Of a DNA stretch of 64,000 bases, positions 62,968 through 64,000 are shown piece by piece. The translations under genes and the position numbers were made by a program. The stretch covers positions 2,368-66,367 of the forward strand of contig CALKMX010000015.1 in assembly GCA_938091675.1 (NCBI GenBank), written 5' to 3'. Each line of letters starts with the position of its first letter. The first letter of the stretch is position 1. The notes below the pieces were generated by a model. That model was given only the letters and a program-made list of their open reading frames with translations, made no database searches and was not told where the DNA came from. Origin of the DNA: an uncultured Opitutales bacterium. Its GTDB lineage: Bacteria; Verrucomicrobiota; Verrucomicrobiia; Opitutales; Seribacteraceae.

Positions 62968-64000
62968 TCAATCTGTTCTTATTGGCATTACAACACAAAG
63001 AAACTCATTTTTGTTTGTTTTTTCTGAATTAATTTTAAAAACACCCGGACTCATATCATCTCTAAATTCAAAAAGTACCTTGTCTTTGTTAATGGACTTA
63101 AGGGGGTCTAAAAGAAATTTAGGGTTGAATGAAACAACTGAACTGGGGCCATCGTACTCTATGGTCATGGATTCGCTGGCGTCCCCAAGTGTGCTTTGAC
63201 CAAAAATTTCCATTTCATTTGGTTTGATTCTTAGAGTTACTTTCTCATCGGATACCAGAGCCGCACGATTTACACATTCTAACATGAGCTCTCGCTCCAC
63301 AATAGCCTGGTTAAAGTCATCCTTAGGTATGACCTGTTTAAAGTTGGGATATTTTCCTTCCACCACTTTTGATACCAAATAAATACAATCCTTGAACCCA
63401 CTTGTTTCGTCTTTATTTTTTACTACATCAAGCTTGAGAGATACTTGTCGGTCCGTGAAATTTAATTCTATTTTTTGGGCAACCCCTGGAAGCCTCTCGA
63501 GTTCTGCAACGGTGAGAGAGGGCAGTATAAACTCTCCGTTATTTTCTGAGGTCGTTTTTTCTTCCTTTCTCGTTACCGCTAATCTTCTTCCATCTGTTGC
63601 GACAAGTGAGATTGTTTCTTCTTCTTTTTGAAAAAATACACCTTTGAGCATGTATCGTTCCTCGTTTACCGATTGTGCGTAAGATACACTTTTGAGCATG
63701 GTGGTTAACTCTTCTCTTTCCAGAGAAAAAGATTTACTGCTTTCTAATTCGGGCAATGGGGGGAATTCTTTGCTCTCCAGCCCCACTATATTAAAAATTG
63801 ACCCTCGAGTAGATATGGTTGCTTTCGGCGTTCCAGTAGAAGACACCTTTACTTCCATGTCGGCTAATTGTCGAACAATTCGAAGTATTTCCTTAACAGG
63901 AAGAGTCACCGAGCCCTCCTCTTCAACATCTGCAAATACTGAACATTTTATTCCGAGGTCTAGGTTGGTTGTGGATAAAGATATGCCTCCATCTTTAGCC
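62968..64000 (-). CDS. dnaN: DNA polymerase III beta sliding clamp, N-terminus beyond the window
   Basis: The track starts at an internal GTG (63909). My translation shows the frame stays open to position 64000 (AKDGGISLSTTNLDLGIKCSVFADVEEEGS-VTLPVKEIL...). LVATDGRRLAV equals the conserved ATDGHRLA clamp motif. Confidence 0.88.
   Translation of the reverse strand, partial: AKDGGISLSTTNLDLGIKCSVFADVEEEGSVTLPVKEILRIVRQLADMEVKVSSTGTPKATISTRGSIFNIVGLESKEFPPLPELESSKSFSLEREELTTMLKSVSYAQSVNEERYMLKGVFFQKEEETISLVATDGRRLAVTRKEEKTTSENNGEFILPSLTVAELERLPGVAQKIELNFTDRQVSLKLDVVKNKDETSGFKDCIYLVSKVVEGKYPNFKQVIPKDDFNQAIVERELMLECVNRAALVSDEKVTLRIKPNEMEIFGQSTLGDASESMTIEYDGPSSVVSFNPKFLLDPLKSINKDKVLFEFRDDMSPGVFKINSEKTNKNEFLCVVMPIRTD

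Noticed and set aside
63970-63978. Perfect consensus DnaA box (TTATCCACA on the minus strand)
   Set aside because: It is a single 9-mer inside the dnaN coding sequence. About 0.5 perfect matches are expected by chance in 64 kb on two strands, and there is no cluster, so it is not evidence for an origin in this window.

Overview
This 64-kb window comes from a moderately low-GC bacterial chromosome and is almost entirely core housekeeping genes. The lineage may be PVC / Verrucomicrobiota-like, judged only from gene order and a divergent EF-Tu switch-I loop, so that call is tentative. Positions 8411-37831 form one uninterrupted minus-strand block of 38 protein genes and 2 tRNAs. Its order is tRNA-Thr, tuf, tRNA-Trp, secE, nusG, rplKAJL, rpoBC, rpsLG, fusA, then the S10, spc and alpha ribosomal-protein clusters. 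The same strand continues with guaA, hisDCBH, gltA, a stand-alone coaB and the start of a PAS sensor gene.

To the right lie tRNA-Gly, an IMPase/HisN-like phosphatase, a DEDDh exonuclease and gyrBA behind a 452-bp non-coding leader. After these come an SLC13-type transporter, hemB, pyrD and tRNA-Leu, then a tsaE-CPBP protease pair and a HAD-pyrB-pyrC' operon. The window finishes with prfA-prmC, an S41 protease, a rhomboid protease, comEC, a KamA-family radical SAM enzyme and a dnaN that runs off the right edge.

I found no CRISPR array, transposase, integrase, prophage, toxin-antitoxin pair or recognisable defence system, and I do not claim a novel multi-gene system here. The points worth a second look are smaller:
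- a tRNA-Leu with an A34 (AAG) anticodon;
- a metal-ligand-deficient dihydroorotase paralog translationally coupled to pyrB;
- a very AT-rich comEC lacking the C-terminal metallo-beta-lactamase domain;
- SecY with an extra C-terminal transmembrane helix;
- long charged tails on L17 and S11;
- near-absence of Shine-Dalgarno motifs, except a perfect one before rplL;
- a divergent EF-Tu effector loop;
- several unusual gene overlaps.

All calls rest on reading the sequence and ORF translations by eye. No searches were run.
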